Position numbers and translations under genes: made by a program. Under the pieces are notes generated by a model. It ran no database searches. It was not told where the DNA came from and was given only the letters and a program-made list of their open reading frames with translations. DNA of 64,000 bases from a virus, in IMG/VR virus record IMGVR_UViG_3300032288_003288. One strand, given 5' to 3'. Positions 54,958 to 63,725 of the stretch are shown one piece after another. The stretch's first letter is position 1, and each line of letters begins with the position of its first letter.

Positions 54958-55223
54958 TGATTGACTACTACGCGCTCAACGATCTTGGCTTCTTTGAGAT
55001 CGGCAGGTGTCGCGCAGCGCTTGCCAGCATCAGTCTCAACGTCTACCATTCCCATGGAATAACAGATAGCCGATGCTGCTTTAGCTTCTGCCCGCTTTTG
55101 GTTATCATCTTCAATGATGCCGACCAGCATGTAAAATGTAAGTACGACCATCATAACGATGAACATAGGAAAACTAAACAGACGATCGAAGATGGTGTTG
55201 ATGATTTCCTTGGCATTCTTCAT
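54954..55223 (-). CDS. Single-TM hypothetical protein (similar to 54516-54764)
   Basis: TM + CY..G.V...TD.G.RC. Confidence 0.65.
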   Translation of the reverse strand: MKNAKEIINTIFDRLFSFPMFIVMMVVLTFYMLVGIIEDDNQKRAEAKAASAICYSMGMVDVETDAGKRCATPADLKEAKIVERVVVNQ

Positions 55224-55317
55224 GATATAAAAACTCCAATGATATAGGCAATCACTAGCATGATTGCGAGGTGCATAAAACAGCCAGGATATTGCATATC
55301 TCTCTGACGTGGATGTC

Positions 55318-55524
55318 TCAACGGAAGGCTCCTATCAGGAGGATCCCCACGATGAAGGCATTGACCGTAAAGAGTGCATTGTCTTTAGTCTTGGCTGCAA
55401 CTCCTGCCCATAGCAGACCTCCTGCAATGGACAATGCGATGTCAGCTGCGTGTACATCAAAGGCTCGGCATGCTGCAGCTGCTACGACACATGCCGTTCC
55501 TATCCATTTTATCGCATTAAGCAC
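55318..55524 (-). CDS. Small multi-TM membrane protein
   Basis: IKWIGT..V, LWAGV...KD.AL..VN; GTG start. Confidence 0.6.
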   Translation of the reverse strand: MLNAIKWIGTACVVAAAACRAFDVHAADIALSIAGGLLWAGVAAKTKDNALFTVNAFIVGILLIGAFR

Positions 55525-55990
55525 TTGCTTTGGCCTTTTCTTTGTGAATTGCCCACTTATGGTAGAGGCCAATCTCGCGGCCGTAGGCCTCGATTTCCCA
55601 TGGCGCATCGAAGTATTCGTCTTCGTGTGCAGCCGGAGTCCAGTATTCTCCCTTCCAGCGAGTGGCCATCTTGAAGCCTTTGCCTTTGGCGATGGTCAGT
55701 TCCTTGCCAAGCTCGTTGCGAATGTACTGCTTGACATGGACCATTTCATGGGCCAAAGTCCGAATCAGAGGATCGTCTCCACGCTTGCCGCGGAGGGTGA
55801 TGGTGAACCAACGGGGGTTCTTGATGCCGTCCTCGTCGGCGCACTCGCCTTCATTGTCGAGCTTCTTGTCACGCTCAATATCGAGCTGATACCCGATGCG
55901 GCCTAAGCCGAGCGCTTTCGAGAAGAACAGCGCTGCTTCCCTGAGCTCGACGACCTGTTCTTCGGTGAAGCCTGTGACATTGATCTGCAT
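55517..55990 (-). CDS. HExxH metallopeptidase-like protein
   Basis: TLAHEMVHVKQY, PWEIEAY. Confidence 0.85.
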   Translation of the reverse strand: MQINVTGFTEEQVVELREAALFFSKALGLGRIGYQLDIERDKKLDNEGECADEDGIKNPRWFTITLRGKRGDDPLIRTLAHEMVHVKQYIRNELGKELTIAKGKGFKMATRWKGEYWTPAAHEDEYFDAPWEIEAYGREIGLYHKWAIHKEKAKASA

Positions 55991-56015
55991 TCTCTTCCTT
56001 TCCAATTATAGGTCC

Positions 56016-56044
56016 ATTATACCCCAAAACCAATAATATGTACA
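56016..56044 (-). promoter_or_regulatory. Phage early-type promoter
   Basis: TGTACA-N17-TATAAT-GGACCT. Confidence 0.78.
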
Positions 56045-56073
56045 TAGAAAAGATTTCTTTTCAAATCAAAGAC

Positions 56074-56274
56074 TTACCGCTTGAACGCAGAATTAAGCAA
56101 CCATTTCATACAGATGTAAGGCAGAGCCAGAGCTAGTCCCAAGAGCCACAACGAAAAATAAATCGCTATCATGGCCACTATGGCGCTGACTCCCAGAGCA
56201 AACAATATAACTATTGTCAGAATCTGAGCTATCTCAGAAGCCAAGAAGGCTAACTCTTTAAGCATCTTCATCAC
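56074..56274 (-). CDS. Hydrophobic membrane protein
   Basis: Long hydrophobic stretch. Confidence 0.55.
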   Translation of the reverse strand: MMKMLKELAFLASEIAQILTIVILFALGVSAIVAMIAIYFSLWLLGLALALPYICMKWLLNSAFKR

Positions 56275-56441
56275 TTACTACGCCTACGTGTTTTTGAAAA
56301 GAACGTGTTAGATAGCTCTTCATAGTTTGTCCAGGTGAATTCTTTAGACTCACACTTAGGACAGCCGGCTGAGCCAGACTCTTCTTCCCATTCGTGACCA
56401 CACTTTTCATTGTCACAACGAAACTTACCGATCCACTTCAT
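56271..56441 (-). CDS. Zinc-ribbon protein
   Basis: C....CGHEW......CPKC; AAGGAG RBS. Confidence 0.7.
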   Translation of the reverse strand: MKWIGKFRCDNEKCGHEWEEESGSAGCPKCESKEFTWTNYEELSNTFFSKTRRRSK

Positions 56442-56442
56442 T

Positions 56443-57138
56443 TCATACTCCTTGTAATTCTCCACCGATCGACTTAAAGTATAGTGCTGCGTCTTTTTCA
56501 AAGAAGTAAGAGTTGTTTTGCTTCTGAGGCTTGCCAGTGTAGCGCGTCTCAGCGATCTTTACAAACTTCTCAGGCACAAGAGGCAACACTTCTGCCTCAA
56601 GCTTCTGTCCTTCCCAACAAGACACTGTCTCTAACTCGAGCTTCATGGAAACTACGTTCTGCAGAAACTTCTGAGCTCCTTGCAGGATCTCATACGCTGC
56701 TCCCTCTGCATCCACAATCAGGCTGAACGTCTTTCCTTGCGAGAGCGGGACTTCGAAGTAGTCGTCCAGAGTACTACATGGCGTTGTATATGTCTCGAAC
56801 ATGGTAGCGTTATCTACCATATGAATTCCAGAAACTCTGTCGTTACCACGAGTATGCTCTCTTCCAGCATCGTCGATCCTGCTCACAGGTCTATATATCT
56901 CTGTAGATCCAGTATGATTGGTGATGGTCATGTAGTTGACCGGTTTGCCTAGACAGCGCTTAAAATAATTGATCGGGTTACACTCGAACCCGATCAACCT
57001 GCTGTATGGACTAAACGTGCCGTAGGTCTTGAGACTCTCTCCGTCAAAACTACCGACTTCAACGATGAAGTCTGGGACTAACATACTGTTGGTCAGACCA
57101 AACAGCTTGTCTAAGACTGGTTCTCTATTGTAGATCAT
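56443..57138 (-). CDS. FkbM-family methyltransferase-like protein
   Basis: VEVGSFDG, GFECNP, TLDDY, VDAEGAAYEILQG. Confidence 0.8.
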   Translation of the reverse strand: MIYNREPVLDKLFGLTNSMLVPDFIVEVGSFDGESLKTYGTFSPYSRLIGFECNPINYFKRCLGKPVNYMTITNHTGSTEIYRPVSRIDDAGREHTRGNDRVSGIHMVDNATMFETYTTPCSTLDDYFEVPLSQGKTFSLIVDAEGAAYEILQGAQKFLQNVVSMKLELETVSCWEGQKLEAEVLPLVPEKFVKIAETRYTGKPQKQNNSYFFEKDAALYFKSIGGELQGV

Positions 57139-57324
57139 TATCTGTAGGATACTTTCCTGGAAACATGGCTTCGTCTAGGTTTCCCCAATCGATGTCATCG
57201 AGCTTATCTAGTTCGTCCTTCAGAAGACGGTAGCCGATATAGCCTATAGCAGCCAGAGCTGCCACTCCTACTAAAAGTGCAGTCGTGTTTTTCTTTGCCA
57301 TATCGGCTACCTTTCTCTCACATA

Positions 57325-57801
57325 TTAGAAGCGGAGGCCGACGCCGACCAGACCGCCATGCTTGCCCTGACCACCTTCGAAGTCAGTATAGCGATACTCT
57401 GCCTTGGCATAGACCGGGCCAGCGAGGTTCACTTCAAGACCACCGCCGAGACGAAGGCCTTCGGTGTCAACGCCAGCTGCCTGACGCCAGTTCGAGTAAC
57501 CTGCCTTGCCATAGACAAGCACGTTCTCGTTCAACACGTAGCCGAGTCGAGCACCAACGCCGATATCACGACGATCGAACACGTTGTCCACGTTGGCTTC
57601 AACGCCAGCTACGATGTTACCGAACTGAAGGTCGTAGCCGACGCCAGCACCGTAGGTCACATCAGTAGGATCAACGCCAGCTGTCACGTCATCAGCTCCG
57701 GCTGTAACTTCCACACGAGGACCAGCGAAGTCGCCAGCCAGTGCAGGAGTCGCAAACATTGCCGCAGCAGCTGCAGCGGTCGTAATCATCAGATTCTTCA
57801 T
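57325..57801 (-). CDS. Outer-membrane beta-barrel protein (Omp25/RopB-like porin family)
   Basis: Signal ATPALA; YG..VGYD, GARLGY, LVYGKAGY, GGGLE, KAEYRY, terminal Phe. Confidence 0.9.
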   Translation of the reverse strand: MKNLMITTAAAAAAMFATPALAGDFAGPRVEVTAGADDVTAGVDPTDVTYGAGVGYDLQFGNIVAGVEANVDNVFDRRDIGVGARLGYVLNENVLVYGKAGYSNWRQAAGVDTEGLRLGGGLEVNLAGPVYAKAEYRYTDFEGGQGKHGGLVGVGLRF

Positions 57802-57965
57802 ATTAATTACCTCATTTGTTTCAATAATGATTGATATGGCTCAATCATAGGCCTCTGACAGTCGGTGAATCACAGACTGCCAAAACTCTTTAAACTTGGG
57901 ATCTTGCGCATTCATCATGGCTCGACGAGCGTTGACGATACGGCGCAGAGTGATAGCGGGAATCA

Positions 57966-58541
57966 TTAGCTGTTTTCCTTCAACCAATTCAGGATATTTT
58001 CTGGAGAGGTTTCACCATATGGATCAGTCTCACAGTTCCAGGTCTTTCCAGGTTCAACGAACCACTTCTCGATCTTGCCGTTGTTGACGACGCAAGCGTA
58101 ACGCCAAGACCGATATCCGAAGCCAAGATTGAACTTTCCTGTTTCCATACGCATGGCACTCGTAAACTCACTGTTGCCATCAGGAATAACTTTGACCTTC
58201 TTGATCTTCTGATCCTTAGCCCACTTGTTCATGACAAAGGCATCGTTGACGGAGATGCAATAGATGTCCTTGATGCCGAGAGCCTTGAACTCAGAAAACT
58301 TTTCTTCAAAGCCAGGAAGCTGGTATGTAGAACAGGTGGGTGTGAAGGCGCCAGGAAGTGAGAAGAGGACTACGCGCTTACCAGCAAAAAGCTCAAACGT
58401 GGTCACGTCTTGCCAGCGATATGGATTAGATCCACCAATCGACTCATCCCTGATGCGGGTTTTAAACACTACAGAAGGAACTACTTCAGGCAGATCAGTA
58501 TACTCTTCAATTCCCTCTGAAGAAACTAATTTATTATTCAT
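57966..58541 (-). CDS. Peroxiredoxin (Prx5/redoxin type)
   Basis: LPGAFTPTCS, SVNDAFVM..W, DGN.EFT, RSWRYA; start MNNKL. Confidence 0.95.
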   Translation of the reverse strand: MNNKLVSSEGIEEYTDLPEVVPSVVFKTRIRDESIGGSNPYRWQDVTTFELFAGKRVVLFSLPGAFTPTCSTYQLPGFEEKFSEFKALGIKDIYCISVNDAFVMNKWAKDQKIKKVKVIPDGNSEFTSAMRMETGKFNLGFGYRSWRYACVVNNGKIEKWFVEPGKTWNCETDPYGETSPENILNWLKENS

Positions 58542-58548
58542 GATAACC

Positions 58549-58890
58549 TCACTTTTTTTGTTTAAGCCAGTTATTATATAGTAATTTATGTTCCTCTTTG
58601 AGAGGTTTAGATGCATCCACACGAATCATGTTATATCTTCCTTGAGTCTTCATTCTATTGTGGACTATAAAGTTACAATTACTCGGTTTGAGTTCTTCAG
58701 GAAGATCTTCTGTCATCCATGCGCATAGGTATCTTCTACACACTTCAGGGCGTTGATCGTAGATCGCACAACCATGCACCTCTAGTTTGTTTAGAAAGTG
58801 ACATGGCTTTCCTCGATGCATTGGAATTCCATGGATATCGGCGCTCAAAGCTCCTGAACAACAGGCTGTGCACTCACCACACTCTCTCAT
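58549..58890 (-). CDS. YkgJ-like CxxCxxCC zinc/iron-chelating protein
   Basis: CGECTACC, C.FL, C.IY..RP..CR.Y.C.W. Confidence 0.85.
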   Translation of the reverse strand: MRECGECTACCSGALSADIHGIPMHRGKPCHFLNKLEVHGCAIYDQRPEVCRRYLCAWMTEDLPEELKPSNCNFIVHNRMKTQGRYNMIRVDASKPLKEEHKLLYNNWLKQKK

Positions 58891-58902
58891 ATGAATCCTT
58901 TA

Positions 58903-59373
58903 AAGGCGAAGCGGAAGGATTTGGTTATACCTTCAAGACCCAGTCAATTACCTATCGTAATCTCGGTCAACGATCCGTTTGCCGGTTGAGCGGGAGACCA
59001 ATCCCCGGATCTACTTTAGGTCCACTGACAAGGACCTTATTCAGTCACGCTTCTTACACCACCCGTCGGCAGTGATCTTGGATGCCCTGTGGGATCCTCC
59101 CCCACGTACCCCTGAATGCAGGGGATCTTAGTCTAACTGCACGACGACCGTGTCCCAGATCAAGGGCAAATTTGGCCCGCCCTATGTCCGCCGGGCTCCA
59201 GCAGACATTCATCTCGCTCTGACCGACGGGCAATCAGAGTCATATCCTATCATTACTGAGACCACGAGGCGATAGGATACCGGCGCGGAATATGCGGGTT
59301 AAGCAGTTCAAGTTCAAAGACTCTCATAGTGTGCCTTGTCAAGGCAGTTGCAACTACCTTTAACTTCCCGCAT
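58903..59373 (-). ncRNA. Large structured RNA, GOLLD-like
   Basis: ~470 nt without a credible ORF, immediately 3' of tRNA-Asn, dense short- and long-range pairings; family assignment from context and recollection only. Confidence 0.7.
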
Positions 59374-59379
59374 CTAAAA

Positions 59380-59454
59380 TGGCTCCGGCGGTAGGATTCG
59401 AACCTACGACCACTCGATTAACAGTCGAGGGCTCTACCGCTGAGCTACACCGGA
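59380..59454 (-). tRNA. tRNA-Asn(GTT)
   Basis: TCCGGTGTAGCTCAGCGGTAGAGC-CCTCGA-CTGTTAA-TCGAG...GGTTCGAATCC...GGAGCCA. Confidence 0.97.
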
Positions 59455-59505
59455 ATAACTTATGTATTCTATATATACTGTGTTTTAGGATATGTACATG
59501 TATTT

Positions 59506-59589
59506 TGGTAGGGACGGCGGGACTCGAACCCGCAAGGATTTACCGAGGCATTTTAAGTGCCTTGCGTTTACCGATTTCGCCACGTCCCC
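59506..59589 (-). tRNA. tRNA-Leu(TAA)
   Basis: GGGGACGTGGCGAAATCGGTAAACGC-AAGGCA-CTTAAAA-TGCCT, variable arm, GGGTTCGAGTCCC, encoded CCA. Confidence 0.97.
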
Positions 59590-59595
59590 AAAAGG

Positions 59596-59781
59596 TTACT
59601 TGACGGGCGTAGTCGTCTCCACAAAGTCACAGACCAGCTGGAAAAACTCGTCTTCGTCTTCTGACTCCATTCGCATGAGCTTGTCACGAACGTTTTCGGT
59701 TACACCATGAACATAGAAGTAGTGAGCAATAGCACGCTCCACTGTGGGCATGCCAAAGTATTCAATCGTATTGCTCTTCAT
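59596..59781 (-). CDS. Hypothetical protein
   Basis: Coupled early ORF. Confidence 0.65.
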   Translation of the reverse strand: MKSNTIEYFGMPTVERAIAHYFYVHGVTENVRDKLMRMESEDEDEFFQLVCDFVETTTPVK

Positions 59782-59984
59782 TACATGTCCTCCAGAAGAT
59801 CGATGATACGAGAGATGATTTCTTCGAAGTCATCATCAGGATGATAGCCGCAGTCAATGACCACGTCGTTATACATTTCCTGAATGTAGTCGCGGATCTC
59901 GACGCCATGAACGCCTGTGATGGCCTCATAGACAAATTCAAAAGGATCGTCCTGTGCAAGGATCATCTCATTCACACCAGTCAT
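59781..59984 (-). CDS. Acidic hypothetical protein
   Basis: Coupled early ORF; HPDDDFEEI. Confidence 0.65.
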   Translation of the reverse strand: MTGVNEMILAQDDPFEFVYEAITGVHGVEIRDYIQEMYNDVVIDCGYHPDDDFEEIISRIIDLLEDM

Positions 59985-60196
59985 TATATATACCTCGCTT
60001 CCAAATCAGTTTCAGTAAAAGCTGCCACCACGTCTACATAGTGATCGTCTTCGTAGTAGCGTAGCATCATGCCGCGTTCTTTGGCTTCACGACAGAAGGC
60101 TTCGACGCGCTCTAGTGCCAGTTCAGGATTTTCCCTAATCCAGCTCTTGTACATGTGCTTCTGAGCGCACGAAGCCATGGGAGAAATCTGAGACAT
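59984..60196 (-). CDS. Hypothetical protein
   Basis: Coupled early ORF. Confidence 0.65.
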   Translation of the reverse strand: MSQISPMASCAQKHMYKSWIRENPELALERVEAFCREAKERGMMLRYYEDDHYVDVVAAFTETDLEARYI

Positions 60197-60474
60197 TATG
60201 CAACTCTCTTCTGAATAGCAATATCGCGGAACGTCACCACGAACTTCATCATCTCCAGCGACGTATCAGCCAGTCGAGCGATCGAGTACTTGGAAGGTGA
60301 CTTTTCATTGTAGAACTGAACATAGATCCAATCGATCAGGTCGTCAGCTGCGTTGTAGTCCTTCATGATCTTGACAACTTCGCCACGAATGGTGCCTGCG
60401 GCAGACTCATAACGAACGCGGTCGCCGATGAGGATCGTCTTGGGATAAGCCATGTTTTCTTCCTTCTTCATCAT
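60196..60474 (-). CDS. Hypothetical protein (SH3-like)
   Basis: IGDRVRY.S.AG..RGEV; alternative start 60453. Confidence 0.7.
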   Translation of the reverse strand: MMKKEENMAYPKTILIGDRVRYESAAGTIRGEVVKIMKDYNAADDLIDWIYVQFYNEKSPSKYSIARLADTSLEMMKFVVTFRDIAIQKRVA

Positions 60475-60480
60475 AGGTCC

Positions 60481-60509
60481 ACCTTACCCCATAATGGAGA
60501 ATATGTACA
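60481..60509 (-). promoter_or_regulatory. Phage early-type promoter
   Basis: TGTACA-N17-TAAGGT-GGACCT-ATG. Confidence 0.78.
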
Positions 60510-60533
60510 TGCCCTTTTTTAATTAAAATGAAA

Positions 60534-62579
60534 TTATTTTGAGGAGGCCCTGTAGACCCCGTCCCAGTTGGCCGGCGGGCTGTCCTGGAGCTCCCTGATG
60601 CGAGCTTCCATCATCTTATAGTAGTCTTTTAAGGCCCCTGCCCAAACGTGTTTCATGACAACAGCCATGTTTAGAGCTCTGTCCCATTCACCTTGTCTGT
60701 AGGCATCAAGGAATCGGAAGTGAGCAATTTCAGAGCTCTTGTCAATCTTTCCTAAAACGGTATAGATTCGGGCCGGTTCGGTCTTGCCTTTGACAGCTAT
60801 AAGATCTAGCTCTACGACCTGATACTTTGCTCTTACATACTCGGCGGTTTTTGGCCCAATAATGATTTTAACCCCGTAAGGTTTGGATTGTCCTTCCAGT
60901 CTCGAGGCGAGATTAACCCCGTCGCCAAGACAAGTATAGTCAAACCGCTGAGTAGAACCCATATTGCCAACCACAACGGTGTCAGTATTAATGCCAAGAC
61001 CCATGCCAAAAGCAGGAATGCCTTCTTGAGATATCTCTTCATTGAATTTCTCCAAGTCTTTAAGCATCGCCAGACTAGTCTTGACGGCGTTCAGCGCATG
61101 CTCCTCGTCGTCAAGCGGAGCATTCCAAAATGCCATCTGAGCGTCGCCTATATACTTATCTAGCGTGCCGTTATTTTCTATGATTCTAGAGGTCATGGCA
61201 GTCATGTAGCGGTTCATGATCTTTGTCAGACCTTGAACGTCCTTGCCATAGTGCTCTGAGATTGTGGTAAATCCACGTACGTCTGTGAACATGATAGACA
61301 GCTCACGGGACTCTCCGCCGAGCGTCAACAACTCTGGATTTTTTTGTAGCTTCTCTACCATTGCTGGTGAAAGATACGTACCAAACTGCTTCTTGATCTG
61401 CATCTTCTGCATGTATTCAGAGATGTACTTGGCAGTAAAGATGTGTACGTAGATCAGTATAGCTGCAGCAAAATTAAAAGTGACGTCTAGCAGAATATTC
61501 TTGCTGCCAAACAGATAGAAAGGTATGTACATATAGGCAGACAGGAGTATAATGATATATATCCAGGAAAACCTAAATCTAGACAACACTATCAGCGCCA
61601 GCGCGAGGAATACGAATGAGCCAAGATCCACCAAAGGAATCCAATTTGGAATCGACGCAGATTCACCATTCAGAAGAGTCTCTAGAATGCTGGCCTGGAG
61701 TTGATGGGGATTCTGCGCACCTGAGGGAGTCGCTACAGGGTTCGCGATACCAGCAGCAGTTACGCCAACTATCACTATTTTACCACTCAGGTCTGGTAAA
61801 GGACCCTCACCAATTTCGATTGACTGAAATCGAAAGTTCGGATTGATAAAGATCCGACCATACTCATCCGTCTTAATTGTTTCATATGAAGGAACTCGTA
61901 ATGCTTCAACACCCGTCACATTCACTTTCGCCTGATACGAGGGATCTCCCGCAGCTACTCGAAGCATTTCTAAAGCAAACGCTGGATAGTATTCACTGCC
62001 TGAAGTCGCAAGAAGAGGAACTCTCCGAACGACTCCATCTGATTCGGGAAGAGTCGAAGTTACTCCAACACCAACTGCGGCTTGCTGAAGAACTTCAACA
62101 TTTGATATTACGCAAGGATAATCCGGTAGATAGTCGGTGGCCTGACCATCTCCAATCACCGCAACGCCAATCGTTCGAGGATTGCGGGTTTCTTTACTTG
62201 GACACGATGGCAGAGTCGTCTGTGATAAAACTACCGGAGCGCTTCTGAAACTGCCTGCAAGTTCTTTGTCACCTCCGAAACGATCGGGATCAGGATAAAG
62301 AATAGTAGTGCCGACGAGACCAGCGCCAGCAGAATACAGGTCTGAATGAATCTTGACATATGTACCTCGGGGAAATGGATATTGACCGTACGTCTCAATC
62401 GCCTTTTCGCCGATGTTTGCCAAGACAATCTGTTCAGACTGCTTAGAATTATCTAACATGAGGAAGTCATAAAACTTCAGTCTAGTAGCTTCTACTAGAT
62501 ATGGATCAAGCAGCTTCACCGCCAAAAGTAGCGTGAATGTAAGGACTGCCATCCAAGGTGAAAGTACTATCTTTTTCAT
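60534..62579 (-). CDS. CHASE2-domain class III adenylate cyclase
   Basis: N-terminal TM; CHASE2 (G.YPFPR, DGVVRRVPL, GKIVIVG); 3 TM; MFTDVRGFT.ISE, DKYIGDA, VVGNMGS..RFDYT.LGD.VNLASRLE, VKGK. Confidence 0.95.
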   Translation of the reverse strand: MKKIVLSPWMAVLTFTLLLAVKLLDPYLVEATRLKFYDFLMLDNSKQSEQIVLANIGEKAIETYGQYPFPRGTYVKIHSDLYSAGAGLVGTTILYPDPDRFGGDKELAGSFRSAPVVLSQTTLPSCPSKETRNPRTIGVAVIGDGQATDYLPDYPCVISNVEVLQQAAVGVGVTSTLPESDGVVRRVPLLATSGSEYYPAFALEMLRVAAGDPSYQAKVNVTGVEALRVPSYETIKTDEYGRIFINPNFRFQSIEIGEGPLPDLSGKIVIVGVTAAGIANPVATPSGAQNPHQLQASILETLLNGESASIPNWIPLVDLGSFVFLALALIVLSRFRFSWIYIIILLSAYMYIPFYLFGSKNILLDVTFNFAAAILIYVHIFTAKYISEYMQKMQIKKQFGTYLSPAMVEKLQKNPELLTLGGESRELSIMFTDVRGFTTISEHYGKDVQGLTKIMNRYMTAMTSRIIENNGTLDKYIGDAQMAFWNAPLDDEEHALNAVKTSLAMLKDLEKFNEEISQEGIPAFGMGLGINTDTVVVGNMGSTQRFDYTCLGDGVNLASRLEGQSKPYGVKIIIGPKTAEYVRAKYQVVELDLIAVKGKTEPARIYTVLGKIDKSSEIAHFRFLDAYRQGEWDRALNMAVVMKHVWAGALKDYYKMMEARIRELQDSPPANWDGVYRASSK

Positions 62580-62582
62580 GGC

Positions 62583-63725
62583 CTATTTATTAGATTGCCA
62601 TATCGTTATGCTGCCCTGTGATCTGCCCATGCCTGAAGTAGGCCACTTATGGTCAGCAAAGTTGAAGTAGTCTATCAGTCCATTCTGAACAACGATGATC
62701 TCTGTGTCTGTAGTCTTTTCTAAAAAGATGGTGGTCAGTTGACCGGCATCTTGTGACAAGCTAGAGTAGACCCAACCAACTTGCACCTGTTTCTCTAGAT
62801 ACGGTGAAACGTTTGTCTGCAGAGTAGCTACTAATTCTTTTTCAGGATTAAACTCTTTGAAGATCTGATACAGTTCGTCTTGAGTGGGAGGTTGCTGAAT
62901 GATTACAGCCACCTGTTCTATAGAAGCTCCTACGTCCGGATCTTGATTGTCGTCTGCCGCTGCTGCAGCAGGATTGGTGCTCTTTTTGAGATCTCTGCGT
63001 GCTCGACCGATGACACTTTCTCCTGAATCACTAGCAGGCGCCGAGATTTGGAGGTTATTGTCAAGCTGCTTCATGGTCATGTTGACGGTGGTAGGCGGAG
63101 ACGGAGGGACGAACGAGCTCTCGACGACGGTCGCCTGAAACGGCTGATTCATTGTCACCACTCCGCTTGCAGTGATCACCTCGATCTCTCCGACCTCGCA
63201 GTCGTTCGTGTCTTTGAACATGTCTGCGTCGTCGAAGCACGCTGGCAACAGAACGACCATGGTCCTTCCAGCCTCGTCGACTGACATGACAAAGTCTGTG
63301 CCTCTAACTCCGATGGTGGCTGTAGGCGTTCTAATGTTGACACCCTTTGTATTGCCATGAGCGATGCCTCCAGACGCATAGCGAACTGTGCCTAAAGCTA
63401 CTTTGAGCCCTAGTCGACCTTTTGCTTTTGCATTTCCGTCGAATACAAAGTCATCGATGACGAGTCTAGAGTTCTCAGTGATATTAACGTTGGTAGAATC
63501 AACAAACGTAATCCTAAAACGTCCTTGAGAAGTCGTAGAAATTGTATCGTTCTTTTCTATCCCAGATCCTCTTGCCGCTGGCATAGTTCTTGCGGCCCGT
63601 TTTATGGAGCCAGCGCCTTTAAACTCTGTTATCGACCCGATTGATGCCATCGCAGGAGTCGATAACGCGAGTAGACTAATTAACAGTAGTAGACTAATTA
63701 ACAGTAGTAATGTTATACGTGCCAT
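62583..63725 (-). CDS. FecR-domain periplasmic protein
   Basis: Signal peptide; D.I.T, ITF.D...V.ITENS.LVID, IRTPTATIGVRGTDF, GEIEV. Confidence 0.9.
   Translation of the reverse strand: MARITLLLLISLLLLISLLALSTPAMASIGSITEFKGAGSIKRAARTMPAARGSGIEKNDTISTTSQGRFRITFVDSTNVNITENSRLVIDDFVFDGNAKAKGRLGLKVALGTVRYASGGIAHGNTKGVNIRTPTATIGVRGTDFVMSVDEAGRTMVVLLPACFDDADMFKDTNDCEVGEIEVITASGVVTMNQPFQATVVESSFVPPSPPTTVNMTMKQLDNNLQISAPASDSGESVIGRARRDLKKSTNPAAAAADDNQDPDVGASIEQVAVIIQQPPTQDELYQIFKEFNPEKELVATLQTNVSPYLEKQVQVGWVYSSLSQDAGQLTTIFLEKTTDTEIIVVQNGLIDYFNFADHKWPTSGMGRSQGSITIWQSNK
63670..63705. repeat. Perfect 18-bp tandem duplication
   Basis: AGTAGACTAATTAACAGT x2, encoding LLISLL twice in the FecR signal peptide. 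Confidence 0.9.

Noticed and set aside
58719-59710. Plus-strand ORFs 58719-59075, 59379-59603, 59492-59710
   Set aside because: Antisense to the large ncRNA and tRNA genes
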